Part shown: one piece after another, positions 14,165 through 30,154 of the stretch | Numbering within the stretch: position 1 is the stretch's first letter | How the letters are laid out: every line of letters starts with the position of its first letter | Source: Octopus vulgaris | Taxonomy: Eukaryota | Assembly: GCA_951406725.2 (NCBI GenBank) | Contig: OX597833.1 | Location: forward strand, 23,002,001 to 23,066,000 | Direction: 5' to 3' | DNA: 64,000 bases | Position numbers and translations under genes: made by a program | The notes under the pieces: model-generated | What the model was told of the DNA's origin: nothing | The model's database searches: none | What the model saw: the letters and a program-made list of their open reading frames with translations, nothing else

Positions 14165-14936
14165 CTCAGGACTCAAAGCAGAGACAGAGGGATTTTTAAT
14201 TGCAGCACAAGACCAAAGCCTCCCCACCAGAAATTACCAAAAACATGTAATGAAAAGAAATATTACAAGTAACTGCAGAATATGTGGAGATGGACAAGAA
14301 ACAATAAATCATATTATCTCTAGCTGCCCAGTCCTGGCTAAGAAGGAATATATTCACAGACATGACAAAGTTGGAACCTACATACATTGGAAGCTATGTC
14401 AACATTATGGAATAACAACAGAAAAAAGATGGTATAGGCACACACCAGAAAAGGTCACAGAAAACGAGAAAGCAACCATACTCTGGGATATGCCGATACA
14501 CACAGATAGAGAAATTAAGGCCAACAGACCAGATATAGTTGTCAGAGACCATGAAGAAAAAAATGCTTTCTAATTGATGTATCAATACCGGCTGATGACA
14601 ACGTGTCTCTAAAAGAAATGGAGAAACTCTCAAAATACAAAGACCTGGAAATAGAGGTAACTAGAATGTGGAATCTGAAAACAGAAACAATTCCTATCAT
14701 AGTAGGTGCATTAGGCATGATAAAAAAATATTCAGACAAATACATAACAAAAACAACAGGACTTACAAACACATATATCATACAGAAAATTGCACTACTA
14801 GGCACTGCACACATCCTACGCAGAGCACTTTCCATACAATAACCATCAGAGCATCACAACAAATCACAGCACATACCCAAGGCACACAGAGCTGCGCTCG
14901 GTCGTGAAGTGAAAGCACGCTATAAAAATAAAACTA

Positions 14937-14939
<3 letters not shown>
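14165..14939 (+). mobile_element. Array unit 8: long form with complete element 3' end and 3' UTR (frameshifted at A-run)
   Basis: Contains an extra 173 bp (14755-14927) encoding TGLTNTYIIQKIALLGTAHILRRALSIQ* plus 3' UTR. Confidence 0.9.
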
Positions 14940-15002
<63 letters not shown>

Positions 15003-15636
15003 AAGAAGAAGAAGAAGCTCAGGACTCAAAGCAGAGACAGAGGGATTTTTAATTGCAGCACAAGACCAAAGCCTCCCCACCAGAAATTACCAAAAACATG
15101 TAATGAAAAGAAATATTACAAGTAACTGCAGAATATGTAGAGATGGACAAGAAACAATAAATCATATTATCTCTAGCTGCCCAGTCCTGGCTAAGAAGGA
15201 ATATATTCACAGACATGACAAAGATGGAACCTACATACATTGGAAGCTATGTCAACATTATGGAATAACAACAGAAAAAAGATGGTATAGGCACACACAA
15301 GAAAAGGTCACAGAAAACGAGAAAGCAACCATACTCTGGGATATGCCGATACACACAGATAGAGAAATTAAGGCCAACAGACCAGATATAGTTGTCAGAG
15401 ACCATGAAGAAAAAAATGCTTTCTAATTGATGTATCAATACCGGCTGATGACAACGTGTCTCTAAAAGAAATGGAGAAACTCTCAAAATACAAAGACCTG
15501 GAAATAGAGGTAACTAGAATGTGGAATCTGAAAACAGAAACAATTCCTATCATAGTAGGTGCATTAGGCATGATAAAAAAATATTCAGACAAATACATAA
15601 CAAAAACATAAAACTACTGAATAATAATAATAATAA

Positions 15637-15679
<43 letters not shown>

Positions 15680-15705
15680 TAATAATAATAATAATAATAA
15701 TAAAA

Positions 15706-15801
<96 letters not shown>

Positions 15802-16412
15802 AAGAAGAAGAAGCTCAGGACTCAAAGCAGAGACAGAGGGATTTTTAATTGCAGCACAAGACCAAAGCCTCCCCACCAGAAATTACCAAAAACATGTAAT
15901 GAAAAGAAATATTACAAGTAACTGCAGAATATGTGGAGATGGACAAGAAACAATAAATCATATTATCTCTAGCTGCCCAGTCCTGGCTAAGAAGGAATAT
16001 ATTCACAGACATGACAAAGTTGGAACCTACATACATTGGAAGCTATGTCAACATTATGGAATAACAACAGAAAAAGATGGTATAGGCACACACCAGAAAA
16101 GGTCACAGAAAACGAGAAAGCAACCATACTCTGGGATATGCCGATACACACAGATAGAGAAATTAAGGCCAACAGACCAGATATAGTTGTCAGAGACCAT
16201 GAAGAAAAAAAATGCTTTCTAATTGATGTATCAATACCGGCTGATGACAACGTGTCTCTAAAAGAAATGGAGAAACTCTCAAAATACAAAGACCTGGAAA
16301 TAGAGGTAACTAGAATGTGGAATCTGAAAACAGAAACAATTCCTATCATAGTAGGTGCATTAGGCATGATAAAAAAATATTCAGACAAATACATAACAAA
16401 AACATAAAACTA

Positions 16413-16472
<60 letters not shown>

Positions 16473-16480
16473 TAATAAAA

Positions 16481-16583
<103 letters not shown>

Positions 16584-17541
16584 TATAATAATAAAAATAA
16601 TAAGTAAGAAAATAATAATAAATAAGAAAATAATAGAAGAAGAAGAAGAAGAAGAAGAAGAAGAAGCTATAAAACAAATGAAATCCAAACTAAAAATAGA
16701 ACAGCAACGAACCATGATAAAATGATGGCAAGAAAAGCTCCTTCATGGTAAATACTGCACTAAACTAAACGCAAAAGAAATAGACAAAGAAAGATCCCAG
16801 CAATGGTTGAGAAACTCAGGACTCAAAGCAGAAACAGAGGGATTTTTAATTGCAGCACAAGACCAAAGCCTCCCCACCAGAAATTACCAAAAACATGTAA
16901 TGAAAAGAAATATTACAAGTAACTGCAGAATATGTGGAGATGGACAAGAAACAATAAATCATATTATCTCTAGCTGCCCAGTCCTGGCTAAGAAGGAATA
17001 TATTCACAGACATGACAAAGTTGGAACCTACATACATTGGAAGCTATGTCAACATTATGGAATAACAACAGAAAAAGATGGTATAGGCACACACCAGAAA
17101 AGGTCACAGAAAACGAGAAAGCAACCATACTCTGGGATATGCCGATACACACAGATAGAGAAATTAAGGCCAACAGACCAGATATAGTTGTCAGAGACCA
17201 TGAAGAAAAAAATGCTTTCTAATTGATGTATCAATACCGGCTGATGACAACGTGTCTCTAAAAGAAATGGAGAAACTCTCAAAATACAAAGACCTGGAAA
17301 TAGAGGTAACTAGAATGTGGAATCTGAAAACAGAAACAATTCCTATCATAGTAGGTGCATTAGGCATGATAAAAAATATTCAGACAAATACATAACAAAA
17401 ACAACATACAAAACATATATCATACAGAAAATTAATAATAATAATACGCAAATAATAATAAATCAGAATCACAACAAATAATAATACCCAAGGCACACAG
17501 AGCTATGAATGAAAGCACGCTATAAAAATAAAAACTAATAA

Positions 17542-17583
<42 letters not shown>

Positions 17584-18216
17584 GAAGAAGAAGAAGAAGA
17601 AGAAGAAGAAGAAGAAGCTCAGGACTCAAAGCAGAGACAGAGGGATTTTTAATTGCAGCACAAGACCAAAGCCTCCCCACCAGAAATTACCAAAAACATG
17701 TAATGAAAAGAAATATTACAAGTAACTGCAGAATATGTGGAGATGGACAAGAAACAATAAATCATATTATCTCTAGCTGCCCAGTCCTGGCTAAGAAGGA
17801 ATATATTCACAGACATGACAAAGTTGGAACCTACATACATTGGAAGCTATGTCAACATTATGGAATAACAACAGAAAAAAGATGGTATAGGCACACACCA
17901 GAAAAGGTCACAGAAAACGAGAAAGCAACCATACTCTGGGATATGCCGATACACACAGATAGAGAAATTAAGGCCAACAGACCAGATATAGTTGTCAGAG
18001 ACCATGAAGAAAAAAATGCTTTCTAATTGATGTATCAATACCGGCTGATGACAACGTGTCTCTAAAAGAAATGGAGAAACTCTCAAAATACAAAGACCTG
18101 GAAATAGAGGTAACTAGAATGTGGAATCTGAAAACAGAAACAATTCCTATCATAGTAGGTGCATTAGGCATGATAAAAAAATATTCAGACAAATACATAA
18201 CAAAAACATAAAACTA

Positions 18217-18360
<144 letters not shown>

Positions 18361-18998
18361 AAGAAGAAGAAGAAGAAGAAGAAGAAGAAGAAGAAGAAGC
18401 TCAGGACTCAAAGCAGAGACAGAGGGATTTTTAATTGCAGCACAAGACCAAAGCCTCCCCACCAGAAATTACCAAAAACATGTAATGAAAAGAAATATTA
18501 CAAGTAACTGCAGAATATGTGGAGATGGACAAGAAACAATAAATCATATTATCTCTAGCTGCCCAGTCCTGGCTAAGAAGGAATATATTCACAGACATGA
18601 CAAAGTTGGAACCTACATACATTGGAAGCTATGTCAACATTATGGAATAACAACAGAAAAAAGATGGTATAGGCACACACCAGAAAAGGTCACAGAAAAC
18701 GAGAAAGCAACCATACTCTGGGATATGCCGATACACACAGATAGAGAAATTAAGGCCAACAGACCAGATATAGTTGTCAGAGACCATGAAGAAAAAAATG
18801 CTTTCTAATTGATGTATCAATACCGGCTGATGACAACGTGTCTCTAAAAGAAATGGAGAAACTCTCAAAATACAAAGACCTGGAAATAGAGGTAACTAGA
18901 ATGTGGAATCTGAAAACAGAAACAATTCCTATCATAGTAGGTGCATTAGGCATGATAAAAAAATATTCAGACAAATACATAACAAAAACATAAAACTA

Positions 18999-19045
<47 letters not shown>

Positions 19046-19047
19046 AA

Positions 19048-19109
<62 letters not shown>

Positions 19110-19125
19110 AAGAAGAAGAAGAATC

Positions 19126-19803
19126 TCAGGACTCAAAGCAGAGACAGAGGGATTTTTAATTGCAGCACAAGACCAAAGCCTCCCCACCAGAAATTACCAA
19201 AAACATGTAATGAAAAGAAATATTACAAGTAACTGCAGAATATGTGGAGATGGACAAGAAACAATAAATCATATTATCTCTAGCTGCCCAGTCCTGGCTA
19301 AGAAGGAATATATTCACAGACATGACAAAGTTGGAACCTACATACATTGGAAGCTATGTCAACATTATGGAATAACAACAGGAAAAAGATGGTATAGGCA
19401 CACACCAGAAAAGGTCACAGAAAACGAGAAAGCAACCATACTCTGGGATATGCCGATACACACAGATAGAGAAATTAAGGCCAACAGACCAGATATAGTT
19501 GTCAGAGATCATGAAGAAAAAAAATGCTTTCTAATTGATGTATCAATACCGGCAGATGACAACGTGTCTCTAAAAGAAATGGAGAAACTCTCAAAATACA
19601 AAGACCTGGAAATAGAGGTAACTAGAATGTGGAATCTGAAAACAGAAACAATTCCTATCATAGTAGGTGCATTAGGCATGATAAAAATATATTCAGACAA
19701 ATACATAACAAAAACAACAGGACTTACAAACACATATATCATACAGAAAATTGCACTACTAGGCACTGCACACATCCTACGCAGAGCACTTTCCATACAA
19801 TAA
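19126..19803 (+). pseudogene. Array unit 14: uninterrupted 225-codon reading frame for the zinc knuckle + restriction-like endonuclease C-terminus of an R4/Dong-type retrotransposon
   Basis: SGLKAETEGFLIAAQDQ...CRICG...HIISSC...RHD...RPD...IDV...EK..KY..L...IIVGALG...IQKIALLGTAHILRRALSIQ*; in-frame ATG at 19210; no RT domain. Confidence 0.85.
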
Positions 19804-19897
19804 CCATCAGAGCATCACAACAAATCACAGCACATACCCAAGGCACACAGAGCTGCGCTCGGTCGTGAAGTGAAAGCACGCTATAAAAATAAAACTA

Positions 19898-19938
<41 letters not shown>

Positions 19939-20576
19939 GAAGAAGAAGAAGAAGAAAGAAGAAGAAGAAGAAGAAGCTCAGGACTCAAAGCAGAGACAGA
20001 GGGATTTTTAATTGCAGCACAAGACCAAAGCCTCCCCACCAGAAATTACCAAAAACATGTAATGAAAAGAAATATTACAAGTAACTGCAGAATATGTGGA
20101 GATGGACAAGAAACAATAAATCATATTATCTCTAGCTGCCCAGTCCTGGCTAAGAAGGAATATATTCACAGACATGACAAAGTTGGAACCTACATACATT
20201 GGAAGCTATGTCAACATTATGGAATAACAACAGAAAAAAGATGGTATAGGCACACACAAGAAAAGGTCACAGAAAACGGGAAAGCAACCATACTCTGGGA
20301 TATGCCGATACACACAGATAGAGAAATTAAGGCCAACAGACCAGATATAGTTGTCAGAGACCATGAAGAAAAAAATGCTTTCTAATTGATGTATCAATAC
20401 CGGCTGATGACAACGTGTCTCTAAAAGAAATGGAGAAACTCTCAAAATACAAAGACCTGGAAATAGAGGTAACTAGAATGTGGAATCTGAAAACAGAAAC
20501 AATTCCTATCATAGTAGGTGCATTAGGCAATGATAAAAAAATATTCAGACAAATACATAACAAAAACATAAAACTA

Positions 20577-20645
<69 letters not shown>

Positions 20646-20652
20646 AATAAAA

Positions 20653-20732
<80 letters not shown>

Positions 20733-21345
20733 AAGAAGAAGAAGAAGCTCAGGACTCAAAGCAGAGACAGAGGGATTTTTAATTGCAGCACAAGACCAAA
20801 GCCTCCCCACCAGAAATTACCAAAAACATGTAATGAAAAGAAATATTACAAGTAACTGCAGAATATGTGGAGATGGACAAGAAACAATAAATCATATTAT
20901 CTCTAGCTGCCCAGTCCTGGCTAAGAAGGAATATATTCACAGACATGACAAAGTTGGAACCTACATACATTGGAAGCTATGTCAACATTATGGAATAACA
21001 ACAGAAAAAGATGGTATAGGCACACACCAGAAAAGGTCACAGAAAACGAGAAAGCAACCATACTCTGGGATATGCCGATACACACAGATAGAGAAATTAA
21101 GGCCAACAGACCAGATATAGTTGTCAGAGACCATGAAGAAAAAAATGCTTTCTAATTGATGTATCAATACCGGCTGATGACAACGTGTCTCTAAAAGAAA
21201 TGGAGAAACTCTCAAAATACAAAGACCTGGAAATAGAGGTAACTAGAATGTGGAATCTGAAAACAGAAACAATTCCTATCATAGTAGGTGCATTAGGCAT
21301 GATAAAAAAATATTCAGACAAATACATAACAAAAACATAAAACTA

Positions 21346-21389
<44 letters not shown>

Positions 21390-21418
21390 TAATAATAATA
21401 ATAATCATAATAATAAAA

Positions 21419-21527
<109 letters not shown>

Positions 21528-21529
21528 TA

Positions 21530-21910
21530 TATACTACATATACAACGTATAGAAGGTGGTAGAGGCCTTATACAGCTGGAAAACTACTATAAAATAACCA
21601 CCATAGGACTGCAAAAATACCTACTTCAGAAGGAAGGAAAACTGATCCAGATAGCAGCAAAACACGAGCAAAACAGAAAACTGTTCTCAGTATTTAAGGA
21701 AGCTGACAAATACAAACAAGAAATCATACCACCTAATAAACACGAAGAAGAAGAAGAAGATGATGAAGAAACAACAAAAGCTATAAAACAAATGAAATCC
21801 AAACTAAAAATAGAACAGCAACGAACCATGATAAAATGATGGCAAGAAAAGCCTTCATGTAAAATATAAACTAAACTCAAAAGAATAGACAAAGAAAGAT
21901 CAATAAAAGA
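21530..21910 (+). mobile_element. 5'-extended array unit 17: RT thumb/linker region of the parent element
   Basis: Translates LHIQRIEGGRGLIQLENYYK...HEEEEEDDEETTKAIKQMK...IK*WQEK; the GGRGL thumb motif is typical of RLE-type RTs; similar extensions at ~16667-16815, ~22660-22800 and ~27545-27845. Confidence 0.8.
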
Positions 21911-22501
21911 CTCAAAGCAGAAACAGAGGGATTTTTAATTGCAGCACAAGACCAAAGCCTCCCCACCAGAAATTACCAAAAACATGTAATGAAAAGAAAT
22001 ATTACAAGTAACTGCAGAATATGTGGAGATGGACAAGAAACAATAAATCATATTATCTCTAGCTGCCCAGTCCTGGCTAAGAAGGAATATATTCACAGAC
22101 ATGACAAAGTTGGAACCTACATACATTGGAAGCTATGTCAACATTATGGAATAACAACAGAAAAAAGATGGTATAGGCACACACCAGAAAAGGTCACAGA
22201 AAACGAGAAAGCAACCATACTCTGGGATATGCCGATACACACAGATAGAGAAATTAAGGCCAACAGACCAGATATAGTTGTCAGAGACCATGAAGAAAAA
22301 AATGCTTTCTAATTGATGTATCAATACCGGCTGATGACAACGTGTCTCTAAAAGAAATGGAGAAACTCTCAAAATACAAAGACCTGGAAATAGAGGTAAC
22401 TAGAATGTGGAATCTGAAAACAGAAACAATTCCTATCATAGTAGGTGCATTAGGCATGATAAAAAAATATTCAGACAAATACATAACAAAAACATAAAAA
22501 T

Positions 22502-22659
<158 letters not shown>

Positions 22660-23453
22660 TATATACTACATATACAACGTATAGAAGGTGGTAGAGGCCT
22701 TATTCAGCTGGAAAACTACTATAAAATAACCACCATAGGACTGCAAAAATACCTACTTCAGAAGGAAGGAAAACTGATCCAGATAGCAGCAAAACAGAGA
22801 AAAGAAGAAGAAGAAGAAGAAGAAGAAGAAGAAGAAAAAAAAAAGAAAGAAAAGCTCAAAGGACTAAAGCAGAGACAGAGGGATTTTTAATTGCAGCACA
22901 AGACCAAAGCCTCCCCACCAGAAATTACCAAAAACATGTAATGAAAAGAAATATTACAAGTAACTGCAGAATATGTGGAGATGGACAAGAAACAATAAAT
23001 CATATTATCTCTAGCTGCCCAGTCCTGGCTAAGAAGGAATATATTCACAGACATGACAAAGTTGGAACCTACATACATTGGAAGCTATGTCAACATTATG
23101 GAATAACAACAGAAAAAGATGGTATAGGCACACACCAGAAAAGGTCACAGAAAACGAGAAAGCAACCATACTCTGGGATATGCCGATACACACAGATAGA
23201 GAAATTAAGGCCAACAGACCAGATATAGTTGTCAGAGACCATGAAGAAAAAAATGCTTTCTAATTGATGTATCAATACCGGCTGATGACAACGTGTCTCT
23301 AAAAGAAATGGAGAAACTCTCAAAATACAAAGACCTGGAAATAGAGGTAACTAGAATGTGGAATCTGAAAACAGAAACAATTCCTATCATAGTAGGTGCA
23401 TTAGGCATGATAAAAAAATATTCAGACAAATACATAACAAAAACATAAAACTA

Positions 23454-23531
<78 letters not shown>

Positions 23532-23536
23532 TAATA

Positions 23537-23611
<75 letters not shown>

Positions 23612-24216
23612 AAGAAGCTCAGGACTCAAAGCAGAGACAGAGGGATTTTTAATTGCAGCACAAGACCAAAGCCTCCCCACCAGAAATTACCAAAAACATG
23701 TAATGAAAAGAAATATTACAAGTAACTGCAGAATATGTGGAGATGGACAAGAAACAATAAATCATATTATCTCTAGCTGCCCAGTCCTGGCTAAGAAGGA
23801 ATATATTCACAGACATGACAAAGTTGGAACCTACATACATTGGAAGCTATGTCAACATTATGGAATAACAACAGAAAAAAGATGGTATAGGCACACACCA
23901 GAAAAGGTCACAGAAAACGAGAAAGCAACCATACTCTGGGATATGCCGATACACACAGATAGAGAAATTAAGGCCAACAGACCAGATATAGTTGTCAGAG
24001 ACCATGAAGAAAAAAATGCTTTCTAATTGATGTATCAATACCGGCTGATGACAACGTGTCTCTAAAAGAAATGGAGAAACTCTCAAAATACAAAGACCTG
24101 GAAATAGAGGTAACTAGAATGTGGAATCTGAAAACAGAAACAATTCCTATCATAGTAGGTGCATTAGGCATGATAAAAAAATATTCAGACAAATACATAA
24201 CAAAAACATAAAACTA

Positions 24217-24360
<144 letters not shown>

Positions 24361-24387
24361 AAGAAGAAGAAGAAGAAGAAGAAGAAG

Positions 24388-25159
24388 CTCAGGACTCAAA
24401 GCAGAGACAGAGGGATTTTTAATTGCAGCACAAGACCAAAGCCTCCCCACCAGAAATTACCAAAAACATGTAATGAAAAGAAATATTACAAGTAACTGCA
24501 GAATATGTGGAGATGGACAAGAAACAATAAATCATATTATCTCTAGCTGCCCAGTCCTGGCTAAGAAGGAATATATTCACAGACATGACAAAGTTGGAAC
24601 CTACATACATTGGAAGCTATGTCAACATTATGGAATAACAACAGAAAAAAGATGGTATAGGCACACACCAGAAAAGGTCACAGAAAACGAGAAAGCAACC
24701 ATACTCTGGGATATGCCGATACACACAGATAGAGAAATTAAGGCCAACAGACCAGATATAGTTGTCAGAGACCATGAAGAAAAAAATGCTTTCTAATTGA
24801 TGTATCAATACCGGCTGATGACAACGTGTCTCTAAAAGAAATGGAGAAACTCTCAAAATACAAAGACCTGGAAATAGAGGTAACTAGAATGTGGAATCTG
24901 AAAACAGAAACAATTCCTATCATAGTAGGTGCATTAGGCATGATAAAAAAATATTCAGACAAATACATAACAAAAACAACAGGACTTACAAACACATATA
25001 TCATACAGAAAATTGCACTACTAGGCACTGCACACATCCTACGCAGAGCACTTTCCATACAATAACCATCAGAGCATCACAACAAATCACAGCACATACC
25101 CAAGGCACACAGAGCTGCGCTCGGTCGTGAAGTGAAAGCACGCTATAAAAATAAAACTA

Positions 25160-25162
<3 letters not shown>
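24388..25162 (+). mobile_element. Array unit 20: long form with complete 3' end
   Basis: Same 173 bp segment as units 8 and 14. Confidence 0.9.
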
Positions 25163-25234
<72 letters not shown>

Positions 25235-25840
25235 AAGAAGCTCAGGACTCAAAGCAGAGACAGAGGGATTTTTAATTGCAGCACAAGACCAAAGCCTCCC
25301 CACCAGAAATTACCAAAAACATGTAATGAAAAGAAATATTACAAGTAACTGCAGAATATGTGGAGATGGACAAGAAACAATAAATCATATTATCTCTAGC
25401 TGCCCAGTCCTGGCTAAGAAGGAATATATTCACAGACATGACAAAGTTGGAACCTACATACATTGGAAGCTATGTCAACATTATGGAATAACAACAGGAA
25501 AAAGATGGTATAGGCACACACCAGAAAAGGTCACAGAAAACGAGAAAGCAACCATACTCTGGGATATGCCGATACACACAGATAGAGAAATTAAGGCCAA
25601 CAGACCAGATATAGTTGTCAGAGACCATGAAGAAAAAAAATGCTTTCTAATTGATGTATCAATACCGGCTGATGACAACGTGTCTCTAAAAGAAATGGAG
25701 AAACTCTCAAAATACAAAGACCTGGAAATAGAGGTAACTAGAATGTGGAATCTGAAAACAGAAACAATTCCTATCATAGTAGGTGCATTAGGCATGATAA
25801 AAAAATATTCAGACAAATACATAACAAAAACATAAAACTA

Positions 25841-25993
<153 letters not shown>

Positions 25994-26598
25994 AAGAAGC
26001 TCAGGACTAAAAGCTGAGACAGAGGGATTTTTAATTGCAGCACAAGACCAAAGCCTCCCCACCAGAAATTACCAAAAACATGTAATGAAAAGAAATATTA
26101 CAAGTAACTGCAGAATAATTGGAGATGGACAAGAAACAATAAATCATATTATCTCTAGCTGCCCAGTCCTGGCTAAGAAGGAATATATTCACAGACATGA
26201 CAGAGTTGGAACCTACATACATTGGAAGCTATGTCAACATTATGGAATAACAACAGAAAAAAGATGGTATAGGCACACACCAGAAAAGGTCACAGAAAAC
26301 GAGAAAGCAACCATACTCTGGGATATGCCGATACACACAGATAGAGAAATTAAGGCCAACAGACCAGATATAGTTGTCAGAGACCATGAAGAAAAAAATG
26401 CTTTCTAATTGATGTATCAATACCGGCTGATGACAACGTGTCTCTAAAAGAAATGGAGAAACTCTCAAAATACAAAGACCTGGAAATAGAGGTAACTAGA
26501 ATGTGGAATCTGAAAACAGAAACAATTCCTATCATAGTAGGTGCATTAGGCATGATAAAAAAATATTCAGACAAATACATAACAAAAACATAAAACTA

Positions 26599-26711
<113 letters not shown>

Positions 26712-27361
26712 GTAGAAGAAGAAGAAGAAGAAGAAGAAGAAGAAGAAGAAGAAGAAGAAGCTCAGGACTCAAAGCTGAGACAGAGGGATTTTTAATTGCA
26801 GCACAAGACCAAAGCCTCCCCACCAGAAATTACCAAAAACATGTAATGAAAAGAAATATTACAAGTAACTGCAGAATATGTGGAGATGGACAAGAAACAA
26901 TAAATCATATTATCTCTAGCTGCCCAGTCCTGGCTAAGAAGGAATATATTCACAGACATGACAAAGTTGGAACCTACATACATTGGAAGCTATGTCAACA
27001 TTATGGAATAACAACAGAAAAAAGATGGTATAGGCACACACCAGAAAAGGTCACAGAAAACGAGAAAGCAACCATACTCTGGGATATGCCGATACACACA
27101 GATAGAGAAATTAAGGCCAACAGACCAGATATAGTTGTCAGAGACCATGAAGAAAGAAAATGCTTTCTAATTGATGTATCAATACCGGCTGATGACAACG
27201 TGTCTTTAAAAGAAATGGAGAAACTCTCAAAATACTAAGACCTGGAAATAGAGGTAACTAGAATGTGGAATCTGAAAACAGAAACAATTCCTATCATAGT
27301 AGGTGCATTAGGCATGATAAAAAAATATTCAGACAAATACATAACAAAAACATAAAACTAC

Positions 27362-27414
<53 letters not shown>

Positions 27415-27442
27415 TAATAATAATAATAATAATAAATAATAA

Positions 27443-27523
<81 letters not shown>

Positions 27524-28453
27524 TAATAATAATAATAATAAGCCTACAGCGAAAACTACTATAAAATCATAACTGCAAAAATACCTACTTCAGAAGGAAG
27601 GAAAACTGATCCAGATAGCAGCAAAACACGAGCAAAACAGAAAACTGTTCTCAGTATTTAAGGAAGCTGACAAATACAAACAAGAAATCATACCACCTAA
27701 GAAACACGAAGAAGAAGAAGAAGATGATGAAGAAACAACAAAAGCTATAAAACAAATGAAATCCAAACTAAAAATAGAACAGCAACGAACCATGATAAAA
27801 TGATGGCAAGAAAAGCCCCTTCATGGTAAATACTGCACTAAACTAAAAAAGAAGCTCAGGACTCAAAGCAGAGACAGAGGGATTTTTAATTGCAGCACAA
27901 GACCAAAGCCTCCCCACCAGAAATTACCAAAAACATGTAATGAAAAGAAATATTACAAGTAACTGCAGAATATGTGGAGATGGACAAGAAACAATAAATC
28001 ATATTATCTCTAGCTGCCCAGTCCTGGCTAAGAAGGAATATATTCACAGACATGACAAAGTTGGAACCTACATACATTGGAAGCTATGTCAACATTATGG
28101 AATAACAACAGAAAAAAGATGGTATAGGCACACACCAGAAAAGGTCACAGAAAACGAGAAAGCAACCATACTCTGGGATATGCCGATACACACAGATAGA
28201 GAAATTAAGGCCAACAGACCAGATATAGTTGTCAGAGACCATGAAGAAAAAAATGCTTTCTAATTGATGTATCAATACCGGCTGATGACAACGTGTCTCT
28301 AAAAGAAATGGAGAAACTCTCAAAATACAAAGACCTGGAAATAGAGGTAACTAGAATGTGGAATCTGAAAACAGAAACAATTCCTATCATAGTAGGTGCA
28401 TTAGGCATGATAAAAATATATTCAGACAAATACATAACAAAAACATAAAACTA

Positions 28454-28594
<141 letters not shown>

Positions 28595-29222
28595 GAAGAA
28601 GAAGAAGAAGAAGAAGAAGAAGCTCAGGACTCAAAGCAGAGACAGAGGGATTTTTAATTGCAGCACAAGACCAAAGCCTCCCCACCAGAAATTACCAAAA
28701 AACATGTAATGAAAAGAAATATTACAAGTAACTGCAGAATATGTGGAGATGGACAAGAAACAATAAATCATATTATCTCTAGCTGCCCAGTCCTGGCTAA
28801 GAAGGAATATATTCACAGACATGACAAAGTTGGAACCTACATACATTGGAAGCTATGTCAACATTATGGAATAACAACAGAAAAAAGATGGTATAGGCAC
28901 ACACCAGAAAAGGTCACAGAAAACGAGAAAGCAACCATACTCTGGGATATGCCGATACACACAGATAGAGAAATTAAGGCCAACAGACCAGATATAGTTG
29001 TCAGAGACCATGAAGAAAAAAATGCTTTCTAATTGATGTATCAATACCGGCTGATGACAACGTGTCTCTAAAAGAAATGGAGAAACTCTCAAAATACAAA
29101 GACCTGGAAATAGAGGTAACTAGAATGTGGAATCTGAAAACAGAAACAATTCCTATCATAGTAGGTGCATTAGGCATGATAAAAAAATATTCAGACAAAT
29201 ACATAACAAAAACATAAAACTA

Positions 29223-29265
<43 letters not shown>

Positions 29266-29285
29266 TAATAATAATAATAATAATA

Positions 29286-29381
<96 letters not shown>

Positions 29382-29980
29382 CTCAGGACTCAAAGCAGAG
29401 ACAGAGGGATTTTTAATTGCAGCACAAGACCAAAGCCTCCCCACCAGAAATTACCAAAAACATGTAATGAAAAGAAATATTACAAGTAACTGCAGAATAT
29501 GTGGAGATGGACAAGAAACAATAAATCATATTATCTCTAGCTGCCCAGTCCTGGCTAAGAAGGAATATATTCACAGACATGACAAAGTTGGAACCTACAT
29601 ACATTGGAAGCTATGTCAACATTATGGAATAACAACAGGAAAAAAGATGGTATAGGCACACACCAGAAAAGGTCACAGAAAACGAGAAAGCAACCATACT
29701 CTGGGATATGCCGATACACACAGATAGAGAAATTAACCCAACAGACCAGATATAGTTGTCAGAGACCATGAAGAAAAAAATGCTTTCTAATTGATGTATC
29801 AATACCGGCTGATGACAACGTGTCTCTAAAAGAAATGGAGAAACTCTCAAAATACAAAGACCTGGAAATAGAGGTAACTAGAATGTGGAATCTGAAAACA
29901 GAAACAATTCCTATCATAGTAGGTGCATTAGGCATGATAAAAAAATATTCAGACAAATACATAACAAAAACATAAAACTA

Positions 29981-30154
<174 letters not shown>

